Shown in pieces: positions 36,146-63,878 of a stretch of 64,000 bases of DNA. The DNA is from Heptranchias perlo (Eukaryota): assembly GCF_035084215.1 (NCBI RefSeq), contig NC_090364.1:4340001-4404000 (forward strand). The letters are read 5' to 3'. Position 1 is the stretch's first letter; each line of letters opens with the position of its first letter. Made by a program: the position numbers and the translations under genes. The notes beneath the pieces were generated by a model that had not been told where the DNA came from, searched no databases, and saw only the letters and a program-made list of their open reading frames with translations.

Positions 36146-39100
36146 CTGGACTGTTGTCCATGTTGCAGATATTCAACTTGTGTATTGAAGTGTTATGTTG
36201 TCATCTCTCTGAACTGGGAATGGAATTCCAAGTCTAAGATTAACTTCCAAACATTGTAGTTGAGTATTCTTGCAGCTGAAATAAAACATTTTGATGTTGA
36301 ACTGGTTCCTTTTTTTTCTTCTCAGTAACTGAGCACATTGTAACACCAATGCATATGGCCTTGTGTCAAATAACCTATTTTCTTACCAGAAACTTTTTTT
36401 TGTCACCTTAATAAAATCTGATTTGTTTGGGCGCATGGGTGTTTTAACCCCTTCCCCTCCAACAGGCTTAATTGGGTTTTGTAGCAGTCTCGGATGGCCA
36501 TAGCGACAAGTCAAATTTTGGCCTTCAACAGCTTTTATTATTTATCCTTCTGTAGAAGAGACTGGAGTGTAATCTGATTACAGTAAGACCTCTTGCTCCA
36601 CACCTTCCCTGTATGCTTGAATCCCTTTTGGTGTGTGTTTTTTTTATTTGTTTGTTAGATGTGGGTGTTGCTGGTGATTACAGTAGTCAACCTTCTGAAT
36701 AAACAACCCCACTAATTACGGCTGACCCTTCCATTGTAGCACATGAGGAAAGTGTTCCCTGTAGCATGTATTCAAATTTAAGTATTTACAATAATCCTAG
36801 AGCAAAATAAGAAATCTCCAGTTTTTCCTTCTATGGTGACCTGGCTCTATCTTCCATTTTCAGCTCATACTATTTTGTTTCAATCTCCTTTCCCAGCCTC
36901 TCTCTGCTCACTTCACCCACCTCTTACAGCCTGGACCCCACAGCCTCCAAAATACTTCCATTTGCTACTGCAAATCTGGGCCCTCCTCTAGGTCTCCCTT
37001 GCTGAATTCTGCTGTTTTATTAAACAGTTCTTGCCCCATTCCCCTCTTGCTCCTTGTGTGTACGGTCTTCATGTAATCCTATTTGGCTTAGAACCAAATG
37101 ACACTAGATCCCAATTGCTAAAGCTGCCACTTAGAAATCTATTAGAGAACAGAGTCAGCTAATTATAGGATAAACCACCAACTACTTGGTCTGTTTAAAG
37201 CTTTATCTGAATTTGCACTAGTGATGTTCAGGTTATTCTCACACAGGGACCACAATCAGATCAGTCCATCAACCCCACTTTTCGTTGCTTCATCTTTCCT
37301 TCACGAGGTTCCACCTTTGACATGTTTTTTTTTTAGCCTGTTTCTTGTTGATCCGACCGTATTCTGATGTGATGTGATCTGGAACACGCTATCCACTGAG
37401 CCCCATCCTTCCCTGACCGCATTTAGGGAAATATCAGTAACTCCCCTTTCTAATGAGAAAATTCACCACTCGACTCTTTCCACTTGGTGTTTGACTGTCC
37501 AAAAAGTACAAGAGATTAATCATTGAAACAAGGGGTTACCAAACCCAGGAAATACCAGATAGTCTGTTCACCACTGTGGGCCACTGTCCAAACAACCAAC
37601 GCTACCCACAGTGTTTGCTTCTAACTGCAATCCCTCCCAACACCAAATCCCCACCAACCCCCCAATCCCTTGCACTTCACTCAGACATTCTGCCCTTTGA
37701 CCTCTGGCGGATAGACCAGACTTATAACAGCTCTTGTAAATTACATGGAATGTATTAGGCCATTCAGGGGTGAGGCAAAGGAAATACGAAGGGATCTGGA
37801 TAGGTGGGGAAGGTGGGCAGCTGAGTGGAAAATAACATTTAATGTGGGAAGATTCAAGGGACTTAGACTGGGGAATATGGACTGTCCTGTCCGCAGTGGG
37901 AATATAATCTAAATGGCTCGAGGCCACGAGCCACCAACAGGGGAGATGAGTCTGGGGATACTGGAGGAAGATAACGTGGGGAATGTACAGATGACTGAGA
38001 TAAATATTTGACAGTGGCTGACTTGGAGCTTTCAGTTTTAGGGATCAGTCAATGATCCACAGTCTCTTCCCCGTGCACTGCTCTGCAATTTATTGTTTGT
38101 AAAATTTCATGATGACAAAACAAGAACTCAACATGCCGTGGTCCCCTTCACTTTCCAGCCGATGTGTGTACAGATGCTCACTGACCCTAGAATTGATGGA
38201 GTATCGAAGAACTTGTGTTTGACACATTCATCACACCCACTTTCCATTCGCCTGACTCGCTGTTGGTTGCTGTTCACAGGCTCTGATCTGTTTGGATGTT
38301 GTCTCAAACCCGCAGCTACCTGCCAAATAATCAACTCACGGACCCATCCAGAATTATTCAAAGACACTGACCCGCAAACAACAATTAAACCTGTGGTTCT
38401 GGATCTTTGAACCGTCACTATCAGTGACCATAACCGATGGGATGGGGGCAGATCCACTAATTGACAATTTGGTCCATTATGGTCAAGTGCCCGGGTGGCC
38501 CTGGAGAGGGAGCATGTGGTGTCCACCGTTACGCTTGATGCCTTCCGCGACCGGTGGGCACCGCAGGGTATAGACTGTCTTGTGGACATCAATAATAGAA
38601 TCCTGATTTAATTGGGAAGGTATCCTGTTGTTTTTGGTGGCACTTGATGCTTATTTTGGCATCTTTTCAGTTTGATTGGACCATCCAATATTCGTGGTGC
38701 CCTGAGAGGGCCACTTGTGATGGTTTATGTTTGGTGACCCTGGGGCAACCCAGAGTCTCCCTTATTGGTCCATCAAAGAAAGGTCGATTATGGTCAATAA
38801 TATGGTCACTATCAGATTTTTTTTTCTTTGGAGTGTGGGATAGAAGAGCAGACATGTTTTTTTAACTTTTTTTTTCCTTTCTTTTTTTGTGTTTTAGGCC
38901 CCCCCTTTTATAAGAAGGGGAGGGGGGGTTTGGTTGTGTTTATGTGCAGTAAATCAATAAACCCAAAATAAGTGTCATTTGATAATTTTATTACATCGAT
39001 CCAGGATGCACTCCAGTCCCTGCGGTGCCCACCGGTCACGGAAACAGATTTTCCAGTTTGAGGAAAGTCAGAGCAATTGGATCTTTATTGAATTGTCAGC

Positions 39101-39339
39101 CAATGATGTTCCTCCTTCAAAGTTCTGACTGGCTCTGGGTGTCATCTCCCCTCCTCCCTTTTCTCGATTGGTGTTCTGAGAGAGGATGTAATTTCTGATT
39201 GGGTATTGCCAACTGTCACTCATCATCTAGGCTGCCACGCCCCGGATTAACCAGCAGTATAAATATGGAGCTTTGGGTGGCTATTTTTCAGTTTCTTGTT
39301 TCAACAGAGTTGTTTAGTTTTGTTAAAGTTAATTTAAAG

Positions 39340-41962
<2,623 letters not shown>

Positions 41963-43734
41963 ACTGACTGCAGGGATAAAGCTGATTGTTTAGTACTCTT
42001 GTTTATATAGTCAAGAACCCCTATCCTGTAGCAATGGTGACTTTGTACAAAGAGCTGTGAGACCTAGACTCTTGATGTGAAAAGTAATAGTAACTGGAAA
42101 TAAACTGTTACAGAAGACTGGGTTTTGGCTCCTTGTAAATTGAGTGATTGCTTATTTTTCAGATTAACATAATTCAGTTGTTATAACAAATTGCATTGGG
42201 CTGTGTATTGGCTTTATGGTGAGATTCTGCCCTGTGAATTTTTTTTCTTCTGGGGTGTGTGGGGCCACTGTGTCTACCTTGAGTGTAAATTGTATTTATG
42301 CAGCTCAATGATTACTGCTGATTTCAATGCAAAGAACAATACAGTAACACAAGTTCCTGTTCCTACTGGTACTGCATATTATCAGCTGTTTAACTCATCA
42401 CTGGTGCAAAATCAGCTGCTGTAACATTTTGTTACAACACAAGGAAAGTAAAGTAGTAATTTCAGTCCAAGGGGCAATCTTATTTTAAGAATAGTATCTG
42501 CCAGTGGAAAAGCAGTCTTGATGCTTTTCTTTTCAAAGGAAGAGGCTACTGACCTCAGTGGTTAGCTGGGGTAGCTTATGAAATCACTCATTACTGCTCC
42601 TAAAAGACTGTTAGTTTGTCATCAAAGGGGTCTCTGATGGGGCAGTGTAGATTCCCGGTCGGGAGGGGATAGGATTGACTGACAACTTCTTTGTCTATTT
42701 CCCTTTATTGTCTTCACCACCCCCACTTCTAACCCCCTATTAAGCTCCCACATGAATAATACATTGGGTAAAGTACTGGAATACCTCAAACTAAACTCCA
42801 GCAAAAAATGTCTTCCTCCTGGAAGATGTAATAAATGCACAAAACAAATAACTTTAAACATTGTTAAATAGGTAAGGCTCTTAACCTCTTCCATACCACT
42901 ATTGTTCCATCAATTCATAAACCAATACAATCAGCTCCTCTATGAATTTGTATTGATCCCATTGTGCAGTTAATACAAATTACAATTTGACTGGATCACC
43001 GTTTCATTGAAACAAAGTTAAATAGATATTTTGCCTGAAACTCCACGTCCCTGTTCCATCAATTAATAAACACAATACAATCAGCTCCTCCATAAATGTA
43101 TCAATTTGCCTGTAGTTCTATTGTGTTCCATACCAAATTGTAATCATCCTTTCCAAATCCTATTTGTTCTCCCTTTGTCTCTTTCACACCTATGAATGGA
43201 TCAAATGTTGATGCTGTAATTACCCAGTGTTTACAAGTGAAGTTTAGGAGCTGTGTGATTGAATTGCAGTCTTCAGTCATTCCACGTTAATATCTTTACA
43301 TGGAGTAAATGACGGGAAACTGTTTCCAGTGGCAGACCAGTTAGTAACCAGCAAACACAGATTTAAGGTGATTGGTAAAAGAACCAGAAGTGACAAGAAA
43401 CTTTATTTTCCCAGTGTTCTGATCTGGAATGCATTGCCTCATCGGGTGGTGGAAGCAGATTTAATAATTTTCAAAAGGAAATTTGATTATTACTTGAAGG
43501 GGGAAAGAGCAGGGGAGTGGGACTAATTGGATAGTTCTTTTCAAGAGCCAGTACAGGCACGATGGGCTGAATGGCCTCCTTTTGTGCTGTAATACTAGGA
43601 TACTGTGATCTCTAAAGGCACTTTTGGGGTATCAATGTCACCACATTTCATACATTGTTGAGCCACAATTTTACGAGTCAGTGTGGATTATCTGATAGCT
43701 TTGACTGCTGCATCGGTCGAACCTTTGAGGTGTA

Positions 43735-44097
43735 GTCACTGTTGTAATGTAAGAAATGCAGCAGTCAATTTGCCTCCAGCAAGGACCCAAAAACAGCAAT
43801 GAAATAAAGACCAAATAATCTGTTTTAGTGATGTTAGTTGAGGGATAAATATTGGTCCAGATATTGGGGAGAACTCCCCTGCTCTTCCTCGAAATAGTGC
43901 TGTGGGATCTTTCAAGTCCATCTGAGAGAGCAGATGAGGCCTCGATTTAGTATCACACACAAAAGACGGCACCTCTGACAGTACAGCACTCCCACAGTCA
44001 GCCTGGACTTTGTGCTCAAGTCTCTAGATTGAGACTTGAACCCACAACCTTCTGACTCTGAGGTGAGAGTGCTGCCACTGAGCCACAGCTGACACAA
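43735..44097 (-). mobile_element. SacSINE1/DeuSINE-like SINE upstream of G9
   Basis: Paralogous copy of 32720-33085. Confidence 0.75.
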
Positions 44098-44818
44098 ATG
44101 GAGATGTTTGTGTGGGTGACATTGCATTCAGTAATCTTCACTCCCTCTCATTCTCGCTGAATATCCTGAATTTTACCAAACAACATTTCATGAGAATCAA
44201 AACTAAAAATGACACATCCCACAATGCTTTGCCCAGTTGATTCCCCCATGCTGCCAATCCTCAGACACACCCATTCTCTATATTAGAACTGGGGACGATT
44301 CACACCATCCATGGGATGGAATTTCCATTTCTCTGACCAATGGATGGTTTGCAAATTCACTCAAGACTACTTGATTGCTTTGAATATTGTCTCAGTGTCA
44401 CAATTACCAGCAAGTAATGAACTTGACCAGATTATGAAAAGGCAACTCAGTGAAAATAGCAAATTATTATCAAATAATTCAAAGTTATGATTCCAAGGGA
44501 TTTAAACAAAGAGACACTTTCAGATTTTTTTTTCTTTACCAGTGACATCACCAAGACTCATCACCCAAACCGGCCCCTGTTCCAAAGCTCTGATTGGCTC
44601 TGGTTATCAATCCCTCCCCCACACCGCCTCTCCTTTTTTAATTGGTGCCTGGATTCATGGAAGATTCCTGAGTGGCTATCGGGGATTGTCAATCATCATT
44701 GGTGATGTCATTTGTCGTTTCAATGCAGGCTGTCCCAGTAGTATAAATACAAGAGCTTGTGAGGGTTAAGGGTAGTTTTAGAGCAACAGTAAAAAGTATT
44801 GATAGAGGAATAGTGAAG

Positions 44819-47569
<2,751 letters not shown>

Positions 47570-50500
47570 CTGGACTGTTGTCCATGTTGCAGATATTCAA
47601 CTTGTGTATTGGAGTATTATGTTGTCATCTCTCTGAACTTGGAAAGGAATTCCAAGTCTAAGATTAACTTCCAAACATTGTAGTTGAGTGTTCTTGCAGC
47701 TGAAATAAAACATTTTGATGTTGAACTGGTTCCTTTTTTCTTCAGTAACTGAGCACATTGTAACACCAATGCATATGGCCGTGTCAAATACAAAGTTTCT
47801 GGTAAGAAAATAGGTTGTCACCTTGATAAAATCTGATTTACTTGGGCACATGTTTTAACCCCTTCCCCTCCACCAAGCTTAATTGGGTTTTGTAACAGCC
47901 TCGGATGGCCATAGCGACAAGTCAAATTTTGGCCTTTAACAGCTTTTAATGTTTAGTCTTCTGTAGAAGAGATTGGAGTGTAATCTGATTACAGTAAGAC
48001 CTCTTCCTCCACACCTTCCCCATATGCTGGAGTCCCTTTGGGTGTGTGTTTTTTTAAAATATTTTTTCATTAGATGTGGGTGTTGCTGGCAATTACAGTA
48101 GTCAACCTTCTGAATCAACGACTCCACTAATTACAGCTGACTCTTCCATTGTAGCACATGAGGAAAATGTTCCCTGTAGCAGGTATTCAAATTTAAGTAT
48201 TTACAATAATCCTAGAGCAAAATAAGAAATCTCCAGTTTTTCCTTCTGTGGTTACCTGGCTCTTTCCTCCATTTTGTTTCAATCTCATTTTCCAGCCTCT
48301 CTCTGCTCACTTCACCCACCTCATACAGCCTGGCCCCTACAGCCTCCAAAATACTTCCATTTGCTACTGCAAATCTAGGCCCTCCTCTAGGTCTCCCTTG
48401 CTGAATTCTGCTGTTTCATTAAACAGTTCTTGCCCCATTCCCCTCTCGCTCCTTGTGTGTACGGTCTTCATGTAATCCTATTTGGCTTAGAACCAAATGA
48501 CACTAGATCCCAATTGCTAAAGCTGCCACTTAGAAATCTATTAGAGAACAGAGCCAGCTAATTATAGGATAAACCAGCAACTACTTGGTCTGTTTAAAGC
48601 TTTATCTGAATTTGCACTCGTGATGTTCAGGTTATTCTCACACAGGGACCACAATCAGATCAGTCCATCAACCCCTTCCTTCATTAGGTTCCACCTTTGA
48701 TATGTTTTTTGTTGATCCGACAGTATTCTGATGTGATCTGGAACACAAGATAACCACGGAGCCCCATCCTTTCCCTGACTACATTTGGGGAAATATCAGT
48801 AACTCCCCTTTCTAATGAGAAAATTCACCACTCGACTCTTTCCACTTGGTGTTTGACTGTCCAAAAAGTACAAGAGATTAATCATTGAAACAAGGGGTTA
48901 CCAAACCCAGGAAATACCAGATAGTCTGTTCACCACTGTGGGCCACTGTCCATACAACCAACGCTACCCACAGTGTTTGCCTCTCATCGCAATCCCTCCC
49001 AACACCAAACCCCCATCCCCCACAATCCCTTCAACTTCACTCAGACATCCTGCCCTTTGACCTCTGGCGGATAGACCAGACTTATAACAGCTCTTGTAAA
49101 TTACATGGAATGTATTAGGCCATTCAGGGGTGAGGCAAAGGAAATACGAAGGGATCTGGATAGGTGGGGAAGGTGGGCTGCTGAGTGGAAAATAACATTT
49201 AATGTGGGAAGATTCAAGGGACTGAGACTGGGGAATATGGACTGTCCTGTCCGCTGTGGGAATATAATCTAAATGGCTTGAGGCCACAAACCACCAACAG
49301 GGGAGATGAGTCTGGGGATACTGGAGGAAGATAACGTGGGGAATGTACAGATGACTGAGATAAATATTTGCTGGAGTGGCTGACTGAGAGTTTTCAGTTT
49401 TAGGGATCAGTCAATGGTCCACAGTCTCTTCCCCGTGCACTGCTCTGCAATTTATTGTTTGTAAAATTTCATGATGACAAAACAAGAACTCAACATGCCG
49501 TGGTCCCCTTCACTTTCCAGCCGATGTGTGTACAGATGCTCACTGACCCTAGAATTGATGGAGTATCGAAGGACTTGTGTTTGACACATTCATCACACCC
49601 ACTTTCCATTCGCCTGACTCGCTGTTGATTGCTGTTCACAGGCTCTGATCTGTTTGGATGTTGTCTCAAACCCGCAGCTACCTGCCAAATAACCAACTCA
49701 CGGACCCATCCAGAATTATTCAAAGACACTGACCCGCAAACAACAATTAAACCTGTGGTTCTGGATCTTTGAACCGTCACTATCAGTGACCATAACCGAT
49801 GGGATGGGGCAGATCCACCAATTGACAATTTGGTCCATTATGGTCAAGTGCCCGGGTGGCCCTGGAGAGGGAGCATGTGGTGTCCACCGTTACGCTTGAT
49901 GCCTTCCGCGACCGGTGGGCACCGCAGGGTATAGACTGTCTTGTCATCAATAATAGAACCCTGATTTAATTGGGAAAGTATCCTGTTGTTTTTGGTGGCA
50001 CTTGATGCTTATTTTGGCATCTTTTCAGTTTGATTGGACCATCCAATATTAGTGGTGCCCTGAGAGGGCCACTTGTGATGGTTTATGTTTGGTGACCCTG
50101 GGGCAACCCAGAACCTCCCTTATTGGTCCATCAAAGAAAGGTCGATTATGGTCAAGAATACGGTCACTATCAGATTTTTTTTTCTTTGGAGTGTGGGATG
50201 GAAGAGCAGCCATGGTTTTTTTTCTTTTCCTTTTTATGTGTTTTAGGCCCCCCTTTTATAAGAAGGGGAGGGGGGTTTGGTTGTGTTTATGTGCAGTAAA
50301 TCAATAAACCCAAAATAAGTGTCATATTATAATGTTATTACATCGATCCAGGATGCACTCCAGTCCCTGCGGTGCCCACCGGTCACGGAAACAGATTTTC
50401 CAGTTTGAGGAAAGTCAGAGCAATTGGATCTTTATTGAATTGTCAGCCAATGATGTTCCTCCTTCAAAGTTCTGACTGGCTCTGGGTGTCATCTCCCCTC

Positions 50501-50686
50501 CTCCCTTTTCTTGATTGCTGTTCTGAGAGAGGATGTAATTTCTGATTGGGTATTGCCAACTGTCACTCATCATCTAGGCTGCCACGCCCCGGATTAACCA
50601 GCAGAATAAATATGGAGCTTTGGGTGGTTGTTTTTCAGCTTGTTGTTTCAACAGAGTTATTTAGACTTGTTAAAGTTAATTTAAAG

Positions 50687-52963
<2,277 letters not shown>

Positions 52964-55900
52964 CTGGACTGCAGTCTACATTGCAGAAGCATTATATTGT
53001 CATCAATCTGAACTAGGAATTAGATTCCGAGTCTAACATTAACTTAGAAACATTCTAGCTGAAATAAAAACTTTTTGGTGTTGAATTGATTACTTTTTTT
53101 TTTCTTCAGTTAAGTAACTGAGCACATTTCAGATCAATGATGGTGTCCTTGCATCAAACAAGAATGACTTCTGCTAAGAAATAGATTGGTCTTGATGAAA
53201 CATGATTTGCTTGGGCATATGGTTGTTTTAACCCTTTCATCTCCAGAATACTGAAGTTGGCTCAGTGGCAGCCTGGGATAGTCTTAGCTGCAAGTCTAAT
53301 TAGCCTTTTAACTGGTTCTACGATTTGGTGCACAGTAGAAAATAAACTTGCTTATAATCTGGTTAAAGTAAAACCTTACCTCTCATAATTGATTATCTTT
53401 TCCAAGAATGTGCTGTTACAGTACTGGCTGCTTGTTGTGAAAAGGTAATCTGCCACATTACTGCTGTTAACTGTTCTAATCTAACTGCCAGGATCTGAGG
53501 GGTGACTAAGGCCAATGGTTCAACAGGGTACATTTTAGTCTTGCTCCCCTTTTGGAAAAATTTAAATGGAAGTTCTTAAATCTAAATTTCATTATTCACA
53601 CTAACAGACAGTCAATTTGTGGATCTGCAACCTTCCCATCAGTATTGTACAACTAAAACCTGCCATTAAAATTCCAAATACCAGGGGGTAGTGGGAGCTG
53701 AGGTTTTTTTTTTCACAATAGGTGTGGAATTTTATCCTGCACCATCTCCCTCTCTGTGGTCTTCAAAGGTGCCTTGTTTCAAGCTGTTGTAGGGGTACAG
53801 TAGTCCAGTACTTGTTACTAGACGAGTAATCCACGCAATTAATTCAAATTTTTGAAATTAGAAAGCTGGTATAAAGTGACTATGAAGCTGTTGGATTATT
53901 AAAATTCCACCCCGTTCACTAATCTTTTAGGGGAAAGGAAACCTGCCATCCTTACCCAGTCCAGCATCGAGGTGAATCCATTCACAGACGAATGTAGTTG
54001 TCTCTTCGCTGCTCTCAGAAGTGGCTCAGTAAGCCAGTTGGTTAGATCGAACCCACTATGAGCACCTTCACAAAGGTTGCAGTGCAAGGTACTCCTGCCC
54101 ATCACCTTAGCAGGAGCCGGAGCTCCATCCTTCCCTGACCGGATTTAGAGAAACGTCAGTAATTCTGATCTCGGAATCATTTCCAATGGATAAGTTTCAC
54201 CATTCTCCCCGTCTCTTTCCATTTGTACTTTTTGCCTGGACAGTGAAACAGCAAGAGAAATTAATCATTGAGACAGGGGGTTACCAAACACAGAAAATAT
54301 CAGATAGTCTGTTCACAACTGTGGGTCAATATCTACACAATCAGCGTTACACAGTGTTTGCCTCTCACTGCAATCCCCCCACCCAATCCATTCAGCTTGA
54401 CTCAAACATCCTGCCCTTTAACCTCTGGCGGATAGACCAGACTTATCACAGCACTTGTAAACTACGTTGAATATACTCGACTTTTCAGGGGTGAGGCAAA
54501 GGGAAACGAAGGGATCTGGATAGGTGGGGAAGGTGGGCTGCTGAGTGGATAATAGCATTTAATGTGGGAAAATTCAAGGGAATGAGACTGAGGAATATGG
54601 ACTGTCCTGTCCACAGTGGGAATATAATCTAAATGGCTTGAGGACACAAGCCACCAACAGGGGAGATGAGTCTGGGGATACTGGAGGAAGATAACGTGGG
54701 GAATGTACAGATGACTGAGATAAATATTTGGCAGAGTGGCTGACTGAGAGTTTTCAGTTTTAGGGATCAGTCAATGGTCCACAGTCTCTTCCCCGTGCAC
54801 TGCTCTGCAATTTATTGTTTGTAAAATTTCATGATGACAAAACAAGAACTCAACATGCCGTGGTCCCCTTCACTTTCCAGCCGATGTGTGTACAGATGCT
54901 CACTGACCCTAGAATTGATGGAGTATCGAAGGACTTGTGTTTGACACATTCATCACACCCACTTTCCATTCGCCTGACTCGCTGTTGGTTGCTGTTCACA
55001 GGCTCTGATCTGTTTGGATGTTGTCTCAAACCCGCAGCTACCTGCCAAATAATCAACTCACTGACCCATCCAGAATTATTCAAAGACACTGACCCGCAAA
55101 CAACAATTAAACCTGTGGTTCTGGATCTTTGAACCGTCACTATCAGTGACCATAACCGATGGGATGGGGCAGATCCACTAATTGACAATTTGGTCCATTA
55201 TGGTCAAGTGCCCGGGTGGCCCTGGAGAGGGAGCATGTGGTGTCCACCGTTACGCTTGATGCCTTCCGCGACCGCTGGGCACCGCAGGGTATAGACTGTC
55301 TTGTGGACATCAAAAATAGAATCCTGATTTAATTGGGAAAGTATCCTGTTGTTTTTGGTGGTACTTGATGCTTATTTTGGCATCTTTTCAGTTTGATTGG
55401 ACCATCCAATATTAGTGGTGCCCTGAGAGGGCCACTTGTGATGGTTTATGTTTGGTGACCCTGGGGCAACCCAGAGCCTCCCTTATTGGTCCATCAAAGA
55501 AAGGTCGATTATGGTCAATAATATGGTCACTATCAGATTTTTTTTTCTTTGGAGTGTGGGATGGAAGAGCAGACATGTTTTTTTAACTTTTTTTTTCCTT
55601 TCCTTTTTTTGTGTTTTAGGCCCCCCCTTTTATAAGAAGGGGAGGGGGGTTGGGTGTGTTTATGTGCAGTAAATCAATAAACCCAAAATAAGTGTCATTT
55701 TATAATTTTATTACATCGATCCAGGATGCACTCCAGTCCCTGCGGTGCCCACCGGTCACGGAAACAGATTTTCCAGTTTGAGGAAAGTCAGAGCAATTGG
55801 ATCTTTATTGAATTGTCAGCCAATGATGTTCCTCCTTCAAAGTTCTGACTGGCTCTGGGTGTCATCTCCCCTCCTCCCTTTTCTCGATTGGTGTTCTGAG

Positions 55901-56059
55901 AGAGGATGTAATTTCTGATTGGGTATTGCCAACTGTCACTCATCATCTAGGCTGCCACGCCCCGGATTAACCAGCAGTATAAATATAGAGCTTTGGGTGG
56001 CTGTTTTTCAGTTTCTTGTTTCAACAGAGTTGTTTAGTTTTGTTAAAGTTAATTTAAAG

Positions 56060-58671
<2,612 letters not shown>

Positions 58672-60439
58672 ACTGACTGCAGGGATAAAGCTGATTGTTT
58701 AGTACTCTTGTTTATATAGTCAAGAACCCCTATCCTGTAGCAATGGTGACTTTGTACAAAGAGCTGTGAGACCTAGACTCTTGATGTGAAAAGTAATAGT
58801 AACTGGAAATAAACTGTTACAGAAGACTGGGTTTTGGCTCCTTGTAAATTGAGTGATTGCTTATTTTTCAGATTAACATAATTCAGTTGTTATAACAAAT
58901 TGCATTGGGCTGTGTATTGGCTTTATGGTGAGATTCTGCCCTGTGAATTTTTTTTCTTCTGGGGTGTTCGGGGCCACTGTGTCTACCTTGAGTGTAAATT
59001 GTATTTATGCAGCTCAATGATTACTGCTGATTTCAATGCAAAGAACAATACAGTAACACAAGTTCCTGTTCCGACTGGTGCTGCATATTATCAGCTGTTT
59101 AACTCATCACTGGTGCAAAATCAGCTGCTGTAACATTTTGTTACAACACAAGGAAAGTAAAGTAGTAATTTCAGTCCAAGGGGCAATCTTATTTTAAGAA
59201 TAGTATCTGCCAGTGGAAAAGCAGTCTTGATGCTTTTCAAAGGAAGAGGCTACTGACCTCAGTGGTTAGCTGGGGTAGCTTATGAAATCACTCATTACTG
59301 CTACTAAAAGACTGTTAGTTTGTCATCAAAGGGGTCTCTGATGGGGCAGTGTAGATTCCCGGTCGGGAGGGGATAGGATTGACTGACAACTTCTTCGTCT
59401 ATTTCCCTTTATTGTCTTCACCACCCCCACTTCTAACCCCCTATTAAGCTCCCACATGAATAATAAATTGGGTAAAGTACTGGAATACCTCAAACTAAAC
59501 TCCAGCAAAAAATGTCTTCCTCCTGGAAGATGTAATAAATGCACAAAACAAATAACTTTAAACATTGTTAAATAGGTAAGGCTCTTAACCTCTTCCATAC
59601 CACTATTGTTCCATCAATTCATAAACCAATACACTCAGCTCCTCTATGAATTTGTATTGATCCCATTGTGCAGTTAATACAAATTACAATTTGACTGGAT
59701 CACCGTTTCATTGAAACAAAGTTAAATAGATATTTTGCCTGAAACTCCACGTCCCTGTTCCATCAATTAATAAACACAATAAAATCAGCTCCTCCATAAA
59801 TGTATCAATTTGCCTGTAGTTCTATTGTGTTCCATACCAAATTGTAATCATCCTTTCCAAATCCTATTGGTTCTCCCTTTGTCTCTTTCACTCCTATGAA
59901 TGGATCAAATGTTGATGCTGTAATTACCCAGTGTTTACAAGTGAAGTTTAGGAGCTGTGTGATTGAATTGCAGTCTTCAGTCATTCCACGTTAATATCTT
60001 TACATGGAGTAAATAAGGGGAAACTGTTTCCAGTGGCAGACCGGTTAGTAACCAGCAAACACAGATTTAAGGTGATTGGTAAAAGAACCAGAAGTGACAA
60101 GAAACTTTATTTTCCCAGTGTTCTGATCTGGACTGCATTGCCTCATCGGGTGGTGGAAGCAGATTTAATAATTTTCAAAAGGAAATTTGATTATTACTTG
60201 AAGGGAGAAAGAGCAGGGGAGTGGGACGAATTGGATAGTTCTTTTCAAGAGCCAGTACAGGCACAATGGGCTGAATGGCCTCCTTTTGTGCTGTAATACT
60301 AGGATACTGTGATCTCTAAAGGCACTTTTGGGGTATCAATGTCACCACATTTCATACGTTGTTGAGCCACAATTTTACGAGTCTGTGTGGATTATCTGAT
60401 AGCTTTGACTGCTGCATAGTTCGAACCTTTGAGGTGTAG

Positions 60440-60800
60440 TCACTGTTGTAATGTAAGAAATGCAGCAGTCAATTTGCCTCCAGCAAGGACCCAAAAACAG
60501 CAATGAAATATTGACCTGATAATCTGTTTTAGTGATGTTAGTTGAGGGATAAATATTGGTCCAGATATTGGGGAGAACTCCCCTGCTCTTCCTCGAAATA
60601 GTGCTGTGGGATCTTTCAAGTCCATCTGAGAGAGCAGATGAGGCCTCGATTTAGTATCACACACAAAAGACGGCACCTCTGACAGTACAGCACTCCCACA
60701 GTCAGCCTAGACTTTGTGCTCAAGTCTATGGATTGGGACTTGAACCCACAACCTTCTGACTCTGAGGTGAGAGTGCTGCCACTGAGCCACAGCTGACACA
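60440..60800 (-). mobile_element. SacSINE1/DeuSINE-like SINE upstream of G12
   Basis: Paralogous copy of 32720-33085. Confidence 0.75.
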
Positions 60801-61533
60801 AATGGAGATGTTTGTGTGGGTGACATTGCATTCAGTAATCTTCACTCCCTCTCATTCTCGCTGAATATCCTGAATTTTACCAAACAACATTTCATGAGAA
60901 TCAAAACTAAAAATGACACATCCCACAATGCTTTGCCCAGTTGATGCCCCCATGCTGCCAATCCTCAGACACACCCATTCTCTATATTAGAACTGGGGAC
61001 GATTCACACCATCCATGGGATGGAATTTCCATTTCTCTGTCCAATGGTTGGTTTGCAAATTCACTCAAGACTACTTGATTCCTCTGAATATTGTCTCAGC
61101 GTCACAATTACTTACAAGTAATAAACTTGACCAGATTATGAAAAGCCACTTCGGTGAAAATATCAAATTATGATCAAATAATTCAAAGTTGTCATTCCGA
61201 GAGATTGAAACAAAGAGAAACTTTCAAATTTGACGGAATTCAAAGACCCCAAAAGCAGTGACATCACCGAGACTGATTATCCAAATCGGCCTGTATTCCA
61301 AACCTCTGATTGGCTCTGGGTATCAATCCCTCCCCACACTGCCTCTCTGTTAATTGGTTAAATGGACGATTCCTGATTGGCTATCGGGGATTGTCAATCA
61401 TCATTGGTGCTGTCATTGCTTACCAAAATGCAGGCTGTCCCAGTAGTATAAATACAAAGAGCTTGTGAGTGAAGAGGTTAGTTCTAGAACTTTTTGAGCA
61501 ATAGTTGAAAGTGTTAATATTGAAATAGTGACA

Positions 61534-63878
<2,345 letters not shown>

